DNA of 64,000 nt. It comes from Lingula anatina. Its lineage: Eukaryota; Animalia; Brachiopoda. How positions within the stretch are numbered: the stretch's first letter is position 1; each line of letters opens with the position of its first letter. This document shows positions 11,709-24,570 of the stretch, in pieces. The stretch is taken from positions 53,298,788 through 53,362,787 of the forward strand of contig CM120640.1 of NCBI GenBank assembly GCA_051362555.1, given 5' to 3'. Made by a program: the position numbers and the translations under genes. A model generated the notes under the pieces. The model ran no database searches. It was not told where the DNA came from and saw only the letters and a program-made list of their open reading frames with translations.

Positions 11709-14700
11709 GTACAGTAAAATACAATAATTATTTGCAAATATTAAAAAGATATAAAAGCAGCATACATATGTACGTATGTACAGACATACATGCCTACATG
11801 CATACTAGTACTCCTTGCATACTTGTTCCCCCCTTTCCTTTTATATTCCTTTTTTTAGAAAGTTGGAAAATGTGAGTGATCATTACCTAAGGATATATTT
11901 CAGTAAAGAAACCAATTTTATTTAAGAATGCTATTTTTAATTGGCCTTTCTTTATTTTTCATGTAACATATTCTTCATCATTTCTAGCTGTCATGAATAA
12001 TAAACTCATCCACTTCTCAATTGAGTTAAGCAAAACAGTCAGTTGCATCAGTGTATAATTTATAGGTTTCAAGTTGTGAGTTGAATGTTAAATAAAGGTC
12101 TTTTTTAGTAGATATGATGGTTTTCTGAAGATAAGATTTAGAGAAGGTGATCGATCCTTTGCATTTCAGAGGATAAAAGATTTCAATCAAACATTAAAAT
12201 AAAACTTGGTCTTTTCTGAAATGAATCTGATGCTTTGAAGCATTCAGTTTTACTAAGAAAATGGTAATGTAGGGATTTTTTTTTTTTTTTTGCAATGCTT
12301 GTATCCTTCCTTCTCTGCCTTAACTTGGACATGATAAGTCTTTGATGTCTACATTAGCTTTATCCTCAAAGGTTAACTGATGCTCTTTATGGGAATTGTG
12401 TGTACAGCATATGTGCGGTTTGGTTGCAGAAAACAAGGGTAATACTACTGTGCTGGCTGGATGTGAGAGACATGGGCTGGCACAGAGAATGTGAACAAAA
12501 TGTTACATTTTGTGTTATGGTGTCATCTTTCTCTTTAATAACTTAAAATTGATATAACAGAAATGTTATGAAAACGCCATAAAGATGTATGGCTTCATAA
12601 TTCCTAGTATGGATATTTTGTTTCCCCATGTCTTACCTAACAACCAGAGAGGCTTCTTTGACCTTTTGTCTTTTAATGCAACATAGTCATTTGCAAGCAC
12701 CTAGGTAATCAAAACAACCACCAATGGTTTAAAGTTTCTTAGAAAAATAACAAGTAACCAGGAGCCTTGCAAGATGGTGAGGAAATTGTGTCTGATTTGT
12801 ATACATTAAAGCTAGAACAGTTTTTCAGCTATAAAATTTATGAAACTGATGTATGTTCGTATAGACAATAGCATTGCACAAGTAGAAAAAAATGCGCTAG
12901 CATTGGGTTATCTTGACGTCTATTTTTACATAGCATAATTACAATGTATGATAATGAGCCATCATGCAAATTAACTTTCACAGTGCAATATAATGGGGAA
13001 CAAAGAATTGTGCTTTTTTTGCTCAGGGAGTTGTGTATTTTCTCATCTCTTAGGATGCTGCATATCATACTCATTTCTGTAACAGAGCTTATAGCAGAGA
13101 GTGGCTCTCTCTTTCATTATGAGATTCATTAAGTCATGATTTGATGCATTTCAAACTAAATTTCCTGGTTTTCTCTTCCATGGTACAATAGAATGAAAAT
13201 AAATTTGACTCCTTACATACAGCCATATTGCCATATTATTTAGACCTTAAAATTTCTTATAATATAATATGTGAAGTGTGAAATAGCATCAGAATAGATT
13301 TATGCACAAGCTCATATAATCTAAATTCCATTAGTGGGCCTATAGGTTTAAAATAAGGCTGCAGCAATCCAAGGAGAACACCCTGCAAACCTGCTTACAG
13401 TTAACAGGGCTTGTGTTTGCTTTGTTCAGCATATACTGCAAAATAAGGTCTACTACCTGCATTTGGGTGCATAATACAAAGGTGTTTATCTTGTCTGGGT
13501 TTGATTTGAAAGAAGTGAGTGAGGAAAAGCTATAGAATAACACACCTGGAGAGAGACTGGGAATGGGCCCCTATGCTTTGAGAAAGATCTTTTGTAAAAT
13601 CTGTTTGTCGTAGTGGGGAGTCTCAAGCAGGTTTTTCTTGAAAGTTTAATCGGCCAAATTAGGGGCCACCAGAAATATTTGACCATGCCCTTGACAGAGG
13701 TCAGAAGGCAATTTACATAGAGTAATGAGGTGAAGTGACAAGAATGAACTCCCTTTTTACTGTAAAAACATTATGACAAAAGTAAATCATAACAAGAAGG
13801 TAAGGTTAGGTATAGTACAAAATGTACCAAGTAAATAAGGCTCTTTTCCTACTTTGTAAATGTACATGAAAAAAGGACTTCGTACAATTTGAAACTTCAG
13901 TTAAGAAGATGGTTATTATATATATGCAAGTAAAAATGTAAAAAAATATATATATATATATATTTTAGTACAGCATCTACAGTTAATAAACTGTTTTGTC
14001 CATAATACACTTTTGCTTCAAAGATGGATATTCAGTGACATTCAGTCTTGATGGCTTATTTTATCTACAACAGACTGATTTGAATTTATAAGACAAACAG
14101 TACATTTATCAGTAACTATTGAAACTCTTCAGAATATAGAAAACACAAAGCTAAATTTGTTTAAAATATGATAATTAAAAAAGCAAAACAAAAAAGTTAT
14201 TCACAAATAAATTCTTTCTCCTAAAAGCACATCACAAAGTACCCAACATTTGATATAGGCTTACTGTTTCTCAAGACCACAGCATAATCAGATCTGATTC
14301 AACCTAACGGAAGTCGGTGATTGCATTGTGGAGCAGAAAAGTCCATTAAAATGCTATTAAATGTCAATAAATGTATCAATACGGTAATGCAGCCTGACAT
14401 TAACAACACTGTCTTCAGGAAGAAACTTAACAATTGAACTTTGTAAGTCTGATGTTGGTAGCATTCCCTGCAACAATTTCCATTTGCAAACTTTAGTTAA
14501 ATAATTGTTATGCTGAATTATCATATCAGAACCATCTTTGTGTGTTTTCCAAACATTTGCATTATTATTTCTGTTAATTCAGTTTATAATTCACCCTCAA
14601 GCTATTAGGGACTCTTTACAAATGCCCTGTTATATCCAGATAATTGTGCACATGAACAACAGATCATATACATTTTTTTTTTTTTTTTGCAATCTCCATT

Positions 14701-16177
14701 GAGAACATAAATTTATATTAGTTTTCAAGATAATGGCAATTTATTTGATTATATGAGTAAGTACATCACCTGGTCTTTAGCAGGATATATTGTTTTCCTA
14801 AATCTTTACCCATTCAATTATGCTCTGTTTAGAGCATATTATTTAGTAATTTCCATTATGGATCACAGTGGTTCTGATGAAACTGGACTGTTTGAATTTC
14901 TTGAAATCTATTAACTAAGTAACTATAATTTGCAATTTAGTGAACAGAGTTGGGGGTGGCACGTTGGTTTTTAGCTAACTTTCAGTTTCTGCTGGAATAG
15001 TTATATTAACAAATGGCAGTTTACCTAAAGCACTGCTACTTTGATCCTAACCCTCATGTCCCTCACATAACCCAAATAGAGTAGAAGAAGTGCCATTTTT
15101 AAATGCGAGTCATGCACCAGCATAGCGTTTTGTATGAAGCTGAATGTTTTTTTTTTCTGCTGCAAGGTACGTACGTGCCTAATAAAGGTGTTTTGGGCCA
15201 TAACACCTTTGAGAAATTGTCCAGGCCCTTCCTAAACCCCAGTTAATTATAAGGTGTATGAAACTAAACCTGTGGCTTTAACAGAGGAACAGCAGGACAG
15301 GCATATGTGGAATTTTTTAACCAAAATTAAAGCTGATGCCAAATGTTAAAAAGATTTAATGACATTTTACTGCTTGACAAAATCTATTTGTTGTTTTAAT
15401 CCTGTTTCTGACCCAAACCACAGGAAATATGATTTTCTATAACAATTTCATGTTGGCTTGTTGAACAAAAGAATGACTAGTTTCTTAGAAGCAATAATAG
15501 CAAAATATTTTTCTTCCTGTGCACCTGTCATATCTAAAACAAGGCACTGTATGGTTTTAAGATCGATAATGTATTCTTGATAATATATGTAATTATTTTT
15601 TAAGCACCTACAGTAACACAGGGCATTGTTAAGGTTTCCACATGAAGAAAAAAGGATTTACTGTATACATTTTAACCAGTGTCTAATCAGCTATGTTAAC
15701 ACTGGTCTCGTGGCAAATTGAAGAGAAAATAAAGTTGAGTACAAAAAAATTTTGTTCATCTTACAGGACAGTATTTCTGCTAAAACTGGTGTCCTAAAGA
15801 GAAACATGTTAAAAGTCAGAGAAAAATTTTATCAGCTGTGTTATATTATAAGAAAAAAGTAAAATTTTCCTTCAATCAACAACTTAATATTGAAATAGTT
15901 TACCTCCAATATTTCGATGTCTAACAGTACATCTTCATCCCTGAAGACATGCTAAAAGTTTTTTCTCACAGACTAAGATAAATGCACAAGGAGTATACAT
16001 ATTCATTTATTGTTCACAGTGATTTTCAAAGCTTTGTTAAGATGCAAAAGTGCTTAGTGCTGCAAGGTGTCATAAGTTCTGAGCTTTAAAAAACAAAACA
16101 AAACAAAACATCCAATTTAGAAGTGTGGTAATGGTAGAGTTGTTTTGACAGCCCAATGCTGAGGGATGGGTAGCATG

Positions 16178-16214
<37 letters not shown>

Positions 16215-16221
16215 AGGGAGA
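16178..16221. repeat. Imperfect (AG)n microsatellite
   Basis: Direct reading. Confidence 0.9.
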
Positions 16222-17442
16222 ATTCTAACTGTAACATAAAGCAATATATTATGCTTTGCCCAGTTCTAACCCTGTTGGTGTATTGTATGTAGTATCTGTA
16301 CAATTATGCCTGTGCCTTATGTCCTGATACATGTTTTCTCCCAGGCACTCATCCATATAGTATTAGCTCTGTGTTTACTGTTATGAGATGGCAGGGGTTT
16401 ACCACATCAATTACACTGGAAGAAGACATGTCACAGCATAGGATGATGTATGACAGGTTGAATTAGGTTCATATTTACTGTACCAGGTTGGACACTGTTA
16501 TGTGTATACATGACTAAATTGATATAGAAAATAGTTTGCTTTCATTCTCATGGCTTATAACAAAGTACATGTCCAATATGTGTCTCACAAGCAACTTAGA
16601 ATATTTTAATAAGGTACCCTGTCCTACAAATAGGGCTTTTATCTGTCTCTTCTAGCTGATACTGTCTTGCACATTTTGTGTGTACATCGATTTATATACC
16701 TATGTGACGTGAGTCAGTGGGTGGTTACATATTTCATGCCAAAGGACAGGTCTACTTTCACCATACATGAGGTTTATGTCATAATTTACTCCATGTCTGT
16801 GGGTTTAACTTTTCCCTGGTTGATGAATTACCATATGTTGAAGTATCACAGTGATGTCCGTGCCTCATACCAACTAATGGTTGAGTACATACATGAGTCC
16901 ATCTGAGCCATAATTTTTTTTCTTAACATGGTTAGGCACACAATTTGACTTTGGAGATTTTTAAGTGACTGATTTGCATTTTGGAGTGGTCCTAAAATGG
17001 ATAGGCTACCAAGTGTGCTGCCTGGGGAAAGGTTTTAGTACTTGCACCACATGCCTTTTTTCCCACATAAGATTTTAAAAGTGGGATTATGTTATCAATA
17101 GCTTTAGACACATCTAAGCCCCTTTTCAAATCAGTGTACAGAATAACTGAGAAGGCTGTAAAAAACACTTATAAGTGGATGTGATTGCTCAGGCTCATCA
17201 TGTTTGTTATGCAACTGTTTTAGTGATTGAAAATGAAGAGATAAGGATGATTGATTTAGAATTGAAGCAGTCTGTGTATCTGTAAACAGAAATTTTGGCA
17301 AATTCAATTAATAAACAATGAATTTTCTTTTTAATAAACAGACCATTTGATTAAAGTTGTTTTTTAAATATAATTATAATTTACATTTTTTAAAATGATT
17401 TTAGTACATAGATTTAAGGGCATATTTTGTTCTTGTTTTCAG

Positions 17443-17553
17443 TAGCTCCCCCAGTGATCCATGTTCCCCAACCCGTGCCATATTTCTATCACAGCCATCA
17501 CATGGGCAGCCTGACCAAGGCCCTTGAGAAACACAGCTTTGTGGCTGTCACAG
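17443..17553 (+). CDS. Coding exon 2 of connexin-like/NB-ARC/TPR gene (pre-P-loop segment VAPPVIHVPQPVPYFYHSHHMGSLTKALEKHSFVAVT)
   Basis: Polypyrimidine tract and ttttcag| acceptor at 17442; ACAG|gtaaat donor at 17553; 111 nt, phase 1-1, open frame. It supplies the hydrophobic strand FVAVT just before the Walker A motif of the next exon. Not in the ORF track. Confidence 0.8.
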
Positions 17554-17995
17554 GTAAATGTACAATAAAATTTAATGGTGAAAATTTTGAAAAGACACCA
17601 TGAAGAATATTGGGGTGTTTCAAAAGCTCTCAACTAGACTGGTGTTAAACTATATAAACTGTTGAGAAAAACATTTCCTAACTCACAAACGAACCCATTT
17701 TTGATGACATTTATTGCCTTGTATGGACAAATAATTCAGCTTTCAATAAAAGTAATTTATTCAACACTTTCTACTGGTAAAAATGAAAAAGAGTAATATT
17801 TTAGTACAGCTTCTTCAGTGAGTAAACTATTTTGTCCATAAACATTTTCAAACATATAATATTATAAATTGTTTCACACAAAGATGTGCACTGCTTTAAA
17901 ATAGGGAAAGATCTTAATCAGTTAAATGAATGGAGGATTATCAGGATCAATGTAACCTTTTATTGTTGTAAATAATTCATTTTCTATTTCCCTAG

Positions 17996-20364
17996 GTCCC
18001 CATGGATGTGGTAAGACCCAACTAGCCTTGAACTTTGCACAAAGTCAACAAAAAGAGTATGGCATAACACTGGCATGGTGGCTACCTGGAACATCTGCAT
18101 CTGCCTTGGAGCACAGTCTGTATATACTGCACGAACGCATGCATCTGAATATGCCTTTTGCAGCTGAGGAAAATGCCAATGTACGTGTCGAGGGCCTATT
18201 GACTGGAACCATTGCACAGTTGTCCAAGCGATTTGGGAGAATCTTGCTGATATTTGAAGATGTCAATGAGTTGGGTGCCATGATAGAGAATGCTTTTAGC
18301 AGAAGGGATAAATTTATTGTGATTCTGACATCCAATAACCCTGCTGTCATTCAAGATGAAGATCTGGTGGTAAGGATAGAGGGGTTCTCTGATAACGAAA
18401 CCATGGACTTCTTCAAAATGGAGGATTCATTTCAAAATGCTGCAGACAACGATATTGTAGATGTTGGACAGACTCTAGGGAATCTCCCATTTGGCCTGGC
18501 CGTGGCCCGCTCTTACATATCACACGCAGAATCTGATATCCAAGATTACGTACACAACATCAGTGACATGAGTAACACTGGCACCATGCAGACTATTCAA
18601 AAGAAATTCCTTGGTCAGCATCATAAGAAAACTCTGGTCCAGGCATTGTTATTGTCATTTGACCGCATGCGCCATGGTGGGTACAAAGAGGCCATGAAAG
18701 CTTTTGAAATTGTTGCTTATTTCTCCCCACAAGATATCCCTAGTTTCTTGCTCCACAATGGGCAAAACGACAAGATGGATGACTTCCTGACCAAGCTTAA
18801 AAAATATTCCCTGGTGGCTAGGGATGATATTGATGGGATTCAAATGCTGTCTGTTCACAAAGCAGTACAATTGGCCCTGATGATGGAAATACAAAAGCAG
18901 GACCCCAATCATGCTTTGAAAAGGGCAATCTTTGCCTTACTGGGGCACATGGAAAGAGACATGAGGTGTGCTCAACATTACAAAATCAGCACACTGTTGT
19001 TGCCACATTTAGAATCAGTATTAAAACACTGTTTAAGCATGGAGCTGGATTTTGAAGGCTCCATAGGGAGAATTTGTCTCCTGAATATGCTGGGGAATTT
19101 GTATGCCAAAAAGGGAATGGTCATAATGGCTGAAGCTGAGCTCAAGAGAGCCAAGCAGCTGGTATTTGATCTGCTCCGGACGTCAGAGGATCAGCTGTAT
19201 GCAGAGGCAATAAGCCGTATAATGGTGCGCAGGCGCATGAGTTTCCGTGAGGTCACAAGTGACTTAATGACAAGCACCAAGGCAGACTTGCTGATGAACA
19301 TGCTGTCTGAAACCAGTTACAACAGTATGGATGAAAATGATCTTCTGAAACTATTGTGTACCCAGGTATTCAAACATCCTGATATTAAAGCACTTCAGGC
19401 CAAGCTGGGTCCAGTGGTGGTTGAACTTCACACACAACTTACCCCTGAGATGTACCTTGATCTTGTAGAAGAACAGGTGGGGACTCCTCTTGGGAAGATG
19501 AGGAGAATCTACCTAGCAGAGATATTCATCTCCATACTGTATTCTTATGGTTCCCTGTATTTCTGTCAGAATCCGAGCAGTGTTAGAAATGATCAGAAGC
19601 AGCTGTACATCAGTGATTTGAGGTTAGCCAAGAGATTATGCCAACTTCTCGACTCTGCCTTTCATTACAAAAGCATATATTTAATAGTGGCAGATCGCAA
19701 TGCTTTACTGTGTCTTGATTTTGAATACAGTAAGCTTACCCAGAAAGAACTTATCAAGAACTTGGAGCATGCCAAGGCAAGGTATGGGGACTTGCTTCAT
19801 GATCATGATGACTACTACTATGCTGGTGTTCTCAAACTGACAAGTCTTCACAGTGACCCATATCACAGAGTGTTCTGTCACCGACAAATAGTACGCTGCT
19901 ATATCCTGTTCATCAATCTGGAGACCTATGCAGACATACCCCAACTTCTGCGTGAAGGGCAGAAGCATTGCGACAGGATGCTGCAGATAGTGGAGGAGGC
20001 TCAAGAGGCTGGGTACAAAATTCCGCAGACTAGTTTGTTTTACAATACAGCTGCTGAGTTTGTATTGCTTCACAATACTCCAGGTTACACTGAGATGAGT
20101 ATTGAATACTATAACCAGTCGTATGAGGCAGAAGTCGTAAAGGCCAAGGTCACAGGAGCTCTATTAGAAGCAGTGTTGGGACTGACCAAGATATACAAGC
20201 AAGAGGGAAAGCATGAGGATGCTTTTGCCTATGCCCAAGAAGGTTTGAGGTTTGCTAAGCGACAGCCACTTTTTGCTAAATATCAAGACGAAGCCTTACG
20301 GCTTGTGAGGCAAATAAAGATAGAACATCCCTCTGTAAGCCGTGGTGTCTGTGCTGTTAGATAA
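17996..20364 (+). CDS. Coding exon 3 (terminal): NB-ARC-type STAND NTPase followed by TPR-like alpha-helical region
   Basis: Acceptor ttccctag|gt at 17995; frame gives G-PHGCGKTQLA (Walker A), ILLIFEDV (Walker B), FIVILTSN (sensor-1 position), LGNLPFGLAVARSYI (GxP/GLPL motif), LKKYSLV...MLSVHKAVQ (MHD-type motif), then TPR-like helices (LLNMLGNLYAKKGMVIMAEAELKRA; VLGLTKIYKQEGKHEDAFAYAQEGL). Continuous ORF to TAA at 20364. Confidence 0.9.
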
Positions 20365-23300
20365 AGATGCAAGATGGTTTAGACCATAAGACTATCCCTA
20401 TGGAGTGACACTACCCTGGCTTTTGTTTGCATTAAATGAATTTATTCTTTGATTGAGATATTCAGCACATATCAGTTGCCTGGTTTATGGCAAACATATA
20501 ATCTTTAAAAAGATTCTGTACAGATTCTTTTATTTAAATGGCATTTTTAGTATAATAAATACAGGGCAGCTGCTCTTTACATAAATATAGGGTGTAATGA
20601 TAACAATGATGCTGTACTACTATAAGTATTGAGACAGGAAATAATGTACTAAAAAAGAAAAAGAACCCTTTCATAACCTTGCTATTGCTTACTGTTCACA
20701 TGTGTTAAACCTTGTGTTTACTAAACAGCAAGTGCTAATGTGCATGAATGTGATCACCCCAAAGCTATGTATCACTGAAAATTCGATTACTAGGGCCTTG
20801 GAGGGCAAACTACCAGCCTTCATTTTCACTTTAATGGTATAATGTTATTAAATTGGAGGTTTAATGCTAGCTCAAGAAAATCAAAAAGCTAAAGAACTTA
20901 TGCACTGTTCAACAGTGGCTCTATATTTTTGTCTGATGCTAGTTTCTTTTCATAAACAGTTTTCTTGTACAAGGTATAACCATGGGTTTGAAGTCCAACA
21001 TTTTTTTGGCTGTTATGTAGTAACTGGTGACTTAGTCAAGATAAGAAATTAAAATATTAATAGATACGTGTAAAAGTGTCTGATTAAGATAAATTTGCAC
21101 GTATATTTATGTCCATAATCTGTATGTTGCACTAACCATTTTTTTTTTTTTTTTTTTAGAATTTTCAAATACTTGTAACAGTGGCTGGTTAATGTAACTG
21201 AATGTCCATTATTATTAGATTAGGTTTTTCCCAGAGTAACTATTTTATACTTACATTTTTAAATTTATTTCTATCATGTATTTGAACAAGATTCATAAAG
21301 TTACAGTGGTTAGTCTTATGACTGAAGATCTCTCAGACAGGATCACAGCTGTTTTTTTTTTTTTTTTTTTTTTTTTGAAATATTGCATTTATTGTTTTTT
21401 ATTATTTTTAAGCATTTAAAGGTATGTTGGACATGTCTGCTCTGTAGAAGAAAAGTAAATTTTAAAGGTCAGATTACTTAAATAATATATTGTGCTTAAA
21501 TATACAGTTTTAAGCATTGTTAACTGTTATGTTAAATGCTATCAGGCAGATATAACATGAACATTCCCATGAATTTCTTACCTCATGTTTATTCCACCCA
21601 GTAACCATATTGCCATGGAAACCAGAACAACAAATATATATTTTGCATTTTACTACAGTCTCAGCAACACCTCTTGTTTGGATATAGAAAGTTCAAGGCT
21701 GAGAAATGTATTTTGTGGTTCTCTGTGTCAAAGGCAGCTTTCAGTGATTGCATATAGAAATTCAGAGTAGAGTTGTACTCTACATATTATTTTGTCAGGT
21801 TTTATGTATGTATATTTTAACCTGCATGATTGTATGAGCTGGCAAAATGGAATAATTAAGCAAAGTGACTGTGTGTAAAATGCACAATGTTTTAAATGTG
21901 CACCCAAGATATTTAAGTTTTATTGTACAGTGGAAATGTTTGAAATGGTTAAAATTTAGACAGGTTTTCTCTTTAAGAGGAATTTTGTAAAAAGTGTACA
22001 TTTTTTACATATTGTTTTAGTGACTTTCTGCTGTCAAAAATGACACTGAAGCTGTTAATGTATTAATTAGATGTTTGGCATGTATACTGCCTCATTAAAT
22101 GAGAAAAAGTATTTGGCTCTTCACTGATCGTATGTGGTATCTTGCCAAGGCTTCCCATGCATAACTGCATATGTTGTAGTTGTCAGTTTGTTTATATTGA
22201 TTTTTAAGCATATTAGTGATATTGTTGTCAAGATGCATATAATCTTTTTAAATGTCAATTAAGTATCAAATCTCCCCAACTTTCTGGAAAAAAAAAGTGA
22301 AAAAGCTGTCACATTTAGCATGGAGTTTGACTCTACATATCTGATTCCCAAAGTCAAATGAGAGTTGTTTCTTTATAATGGAACATTTCATGGTGCACAT
22401 AATCTTATGCCTTCCATTATTTGTCTCTTATTTACTAGGAGTATATTTGTTTTGGTTAAGGATAAGGGAAATCAAAATGTAATCATTATTCCACAGCCTG
22501 CTTTCATTTTCAACACGCAGCTCTAAAATCTGAGAGAAAACCCATATATTTTATGAATATTATTCATTAAGGAGAATCAGCTTCTTTGCTTGTAGAAATA
22601 CAATAACAGGCACATTGCTGCAATTTCAGAAAGATGAATAACTATTTTTATTTTAAAATGGTCATTTTCTAAAGAAAATAGATGAAAGGTTACTTTAGAA
22701 TGATACATCATTTATCTTTCACAGTGAAAGTAACTTAATCTTTTGTTACCATTTCTCTTATAAATAACACCCAAGAACTAGAGCTAGACCAGAAATTACA
22801 TCAGTACTTGTTATATTGGTCATGCAGCGCAGATCTATTTACTGTAAGTAACCCAAGGTTGCCAATAGATATATGGTGTATTTGTCATTGGCAATGAAAT
22901 AACAGTTGAGAGAAATAGAAATTATATTGACATATGCTTAAAATATGTGTAAATGCATGAAATTGGAACCCCCACACAAAACCTATTCATAATGTGCATG
23001 GTGTTTCCTCGTTCTGAAAATGTGCTGCTTGGCAACCCTTTCTGTACAATAAACAGTCTGTTTATACCTTGCTCACAGTGATTTTTGTCAAATTAATCAG
23101 TTGGGTGCTTTAATAAATGATGACACAGAGCAGGAAACCTAGCATAAAGGTGGCAGGATGTTTGATTAAATACTATCTTAATTGCACAGTGAAATGTTAA
23201 ACTTCAGTGTTGTCCACAATGGAACACTCTTCCCGACTGGCAGATGTTGGAATTCCCAGAACATCAGGAGCAAAAAGAGTGTTCAGCAGAACAAGATCAA

Positions 23301-23985
23301 GTACTCTGGAGCAGAAGTATATTATAAATATACAATCAAGCAAAACCCCAATTTCTGATACTGCATATTACTTTCTTTTTCAATTCTTTTAGCTTGTAAT
23401 GGGACATTTCAATGTTGCTTTTGTACAAAGCAATTGTAAAATTTTCTTTTTTAAAATGTGAAGAAGATAAACATAATTGGTTCAAGTTTTCTTAATACAG
23501 TATGAAATCTTTTGGGTTGCTGCTTGTGTCTACAACATCAGATATCACGAATATAAGACCTTGCTGGTTGTACTGCTGTCTTTAAATTTACAAAATAATT
23601 TCAACTGTAATTTCTCTTTGACTGAAATTATACTGTGTATGTGTGCTCTGTTTGAAACACCTTAGTGGATTTTAATTTTATTGCATTAAACAAATTTATG
23701 GTAATGTGTAGTGGCAAATCTCAACTTACATGAAATACTGTGTCACTGTTTATCTGCTTATTATGAACAATAAATCACTTGTACAAGCGATGTGTAAGTA
23801 GTTTATTTTATTTTCTGATTCTCTTAGAAAATATGAATTAACACAATCTGACATATCACTCAAAATTGTTTAAAGTATATAAATGTGTAACAAACTATCC
23901 TTTTCCGAACTGATTGCACAACTGCTTTCTCAAAAGCTGATTTATGCTTTCTTTGATCCTTATGCTTAAAACAGCTATACTCTAA

Positions 23986-24169
23986 AGGCCTGTTCAGAAC
24001 CAGTTGATCTGCGAACTAACTAGTCTGACCCACTTGAAAACATGCCGAGATTTAACTGCTCTGCCCTCCAGGGACTGCACATGGGAGGTGGGAACCCACT
24101 GTCAAGTGGGAGCCATATCTGATCTATGTACTACTTAGTCTGCAGATCAAACTGGTTCTGAACAGGTCC
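23986..24169. mobile_element. MITE, probably PIF/Harbinger-type
   Basis: TIRs cctgttcagaaccagt-tgatctgc / gcagatcaaactggttctgaacagg; TAA on both flanks (candidate TSD). Confidence 0.7.
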
Positions 24170-24570
24170 TAAAAATGCAGTAGCTGTAGATATTATTGAT
24201 GATACAGAACTAAATAAAATTACAGCAAGTCCTCATTTTTGTCAATTCAACACCACTAAAACGGCTGATAGAATCTCGTAAAACATTGCCATGATAATAA
24301 GTTTTGAATCATACAAATTGATTGTAAAATGGTGCAGGTATGCAGTTTTATCTTATTAATTAAAATGTGCAACATAAGTATCAAACCTCTATTAAATGGT
24401 TTGTACCATAGCCTCATTTAAAAATCCTTTCATATCAAAAACTTCATGAACACTACTTTTATCACAATTATTTTTTTCTTGGCAGCACAATTTTAATATG
24501 AACAATGCAATTAGAACATAGACTGTGTTGACATGCTGCAACTGAATGTTCATATCTCTGCCCAGCAATG

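Noticed and set aside
11709-11875. C-terminal tail of the 318-aa ORF as the main protein end
   Set aside because: It follows a good splice donor and turns AT-rich and low-complexity; treated as intron, with read-through kept only as a possible minor isoform.
18045-20073. Antisense ORFs over the NB-ARC exon (and likewise over IPP exons)
   Set aside because: Expected shadow ORFs opposite real coding sequence; no motifs.
18028-20364. Stand-alone intronless 778-aa gene or retrogene
   Set aside because: The ORF start is a TTG downstream of the Walker A motif; an acceptor at 17995 and the upstream exon complete the P-loop.
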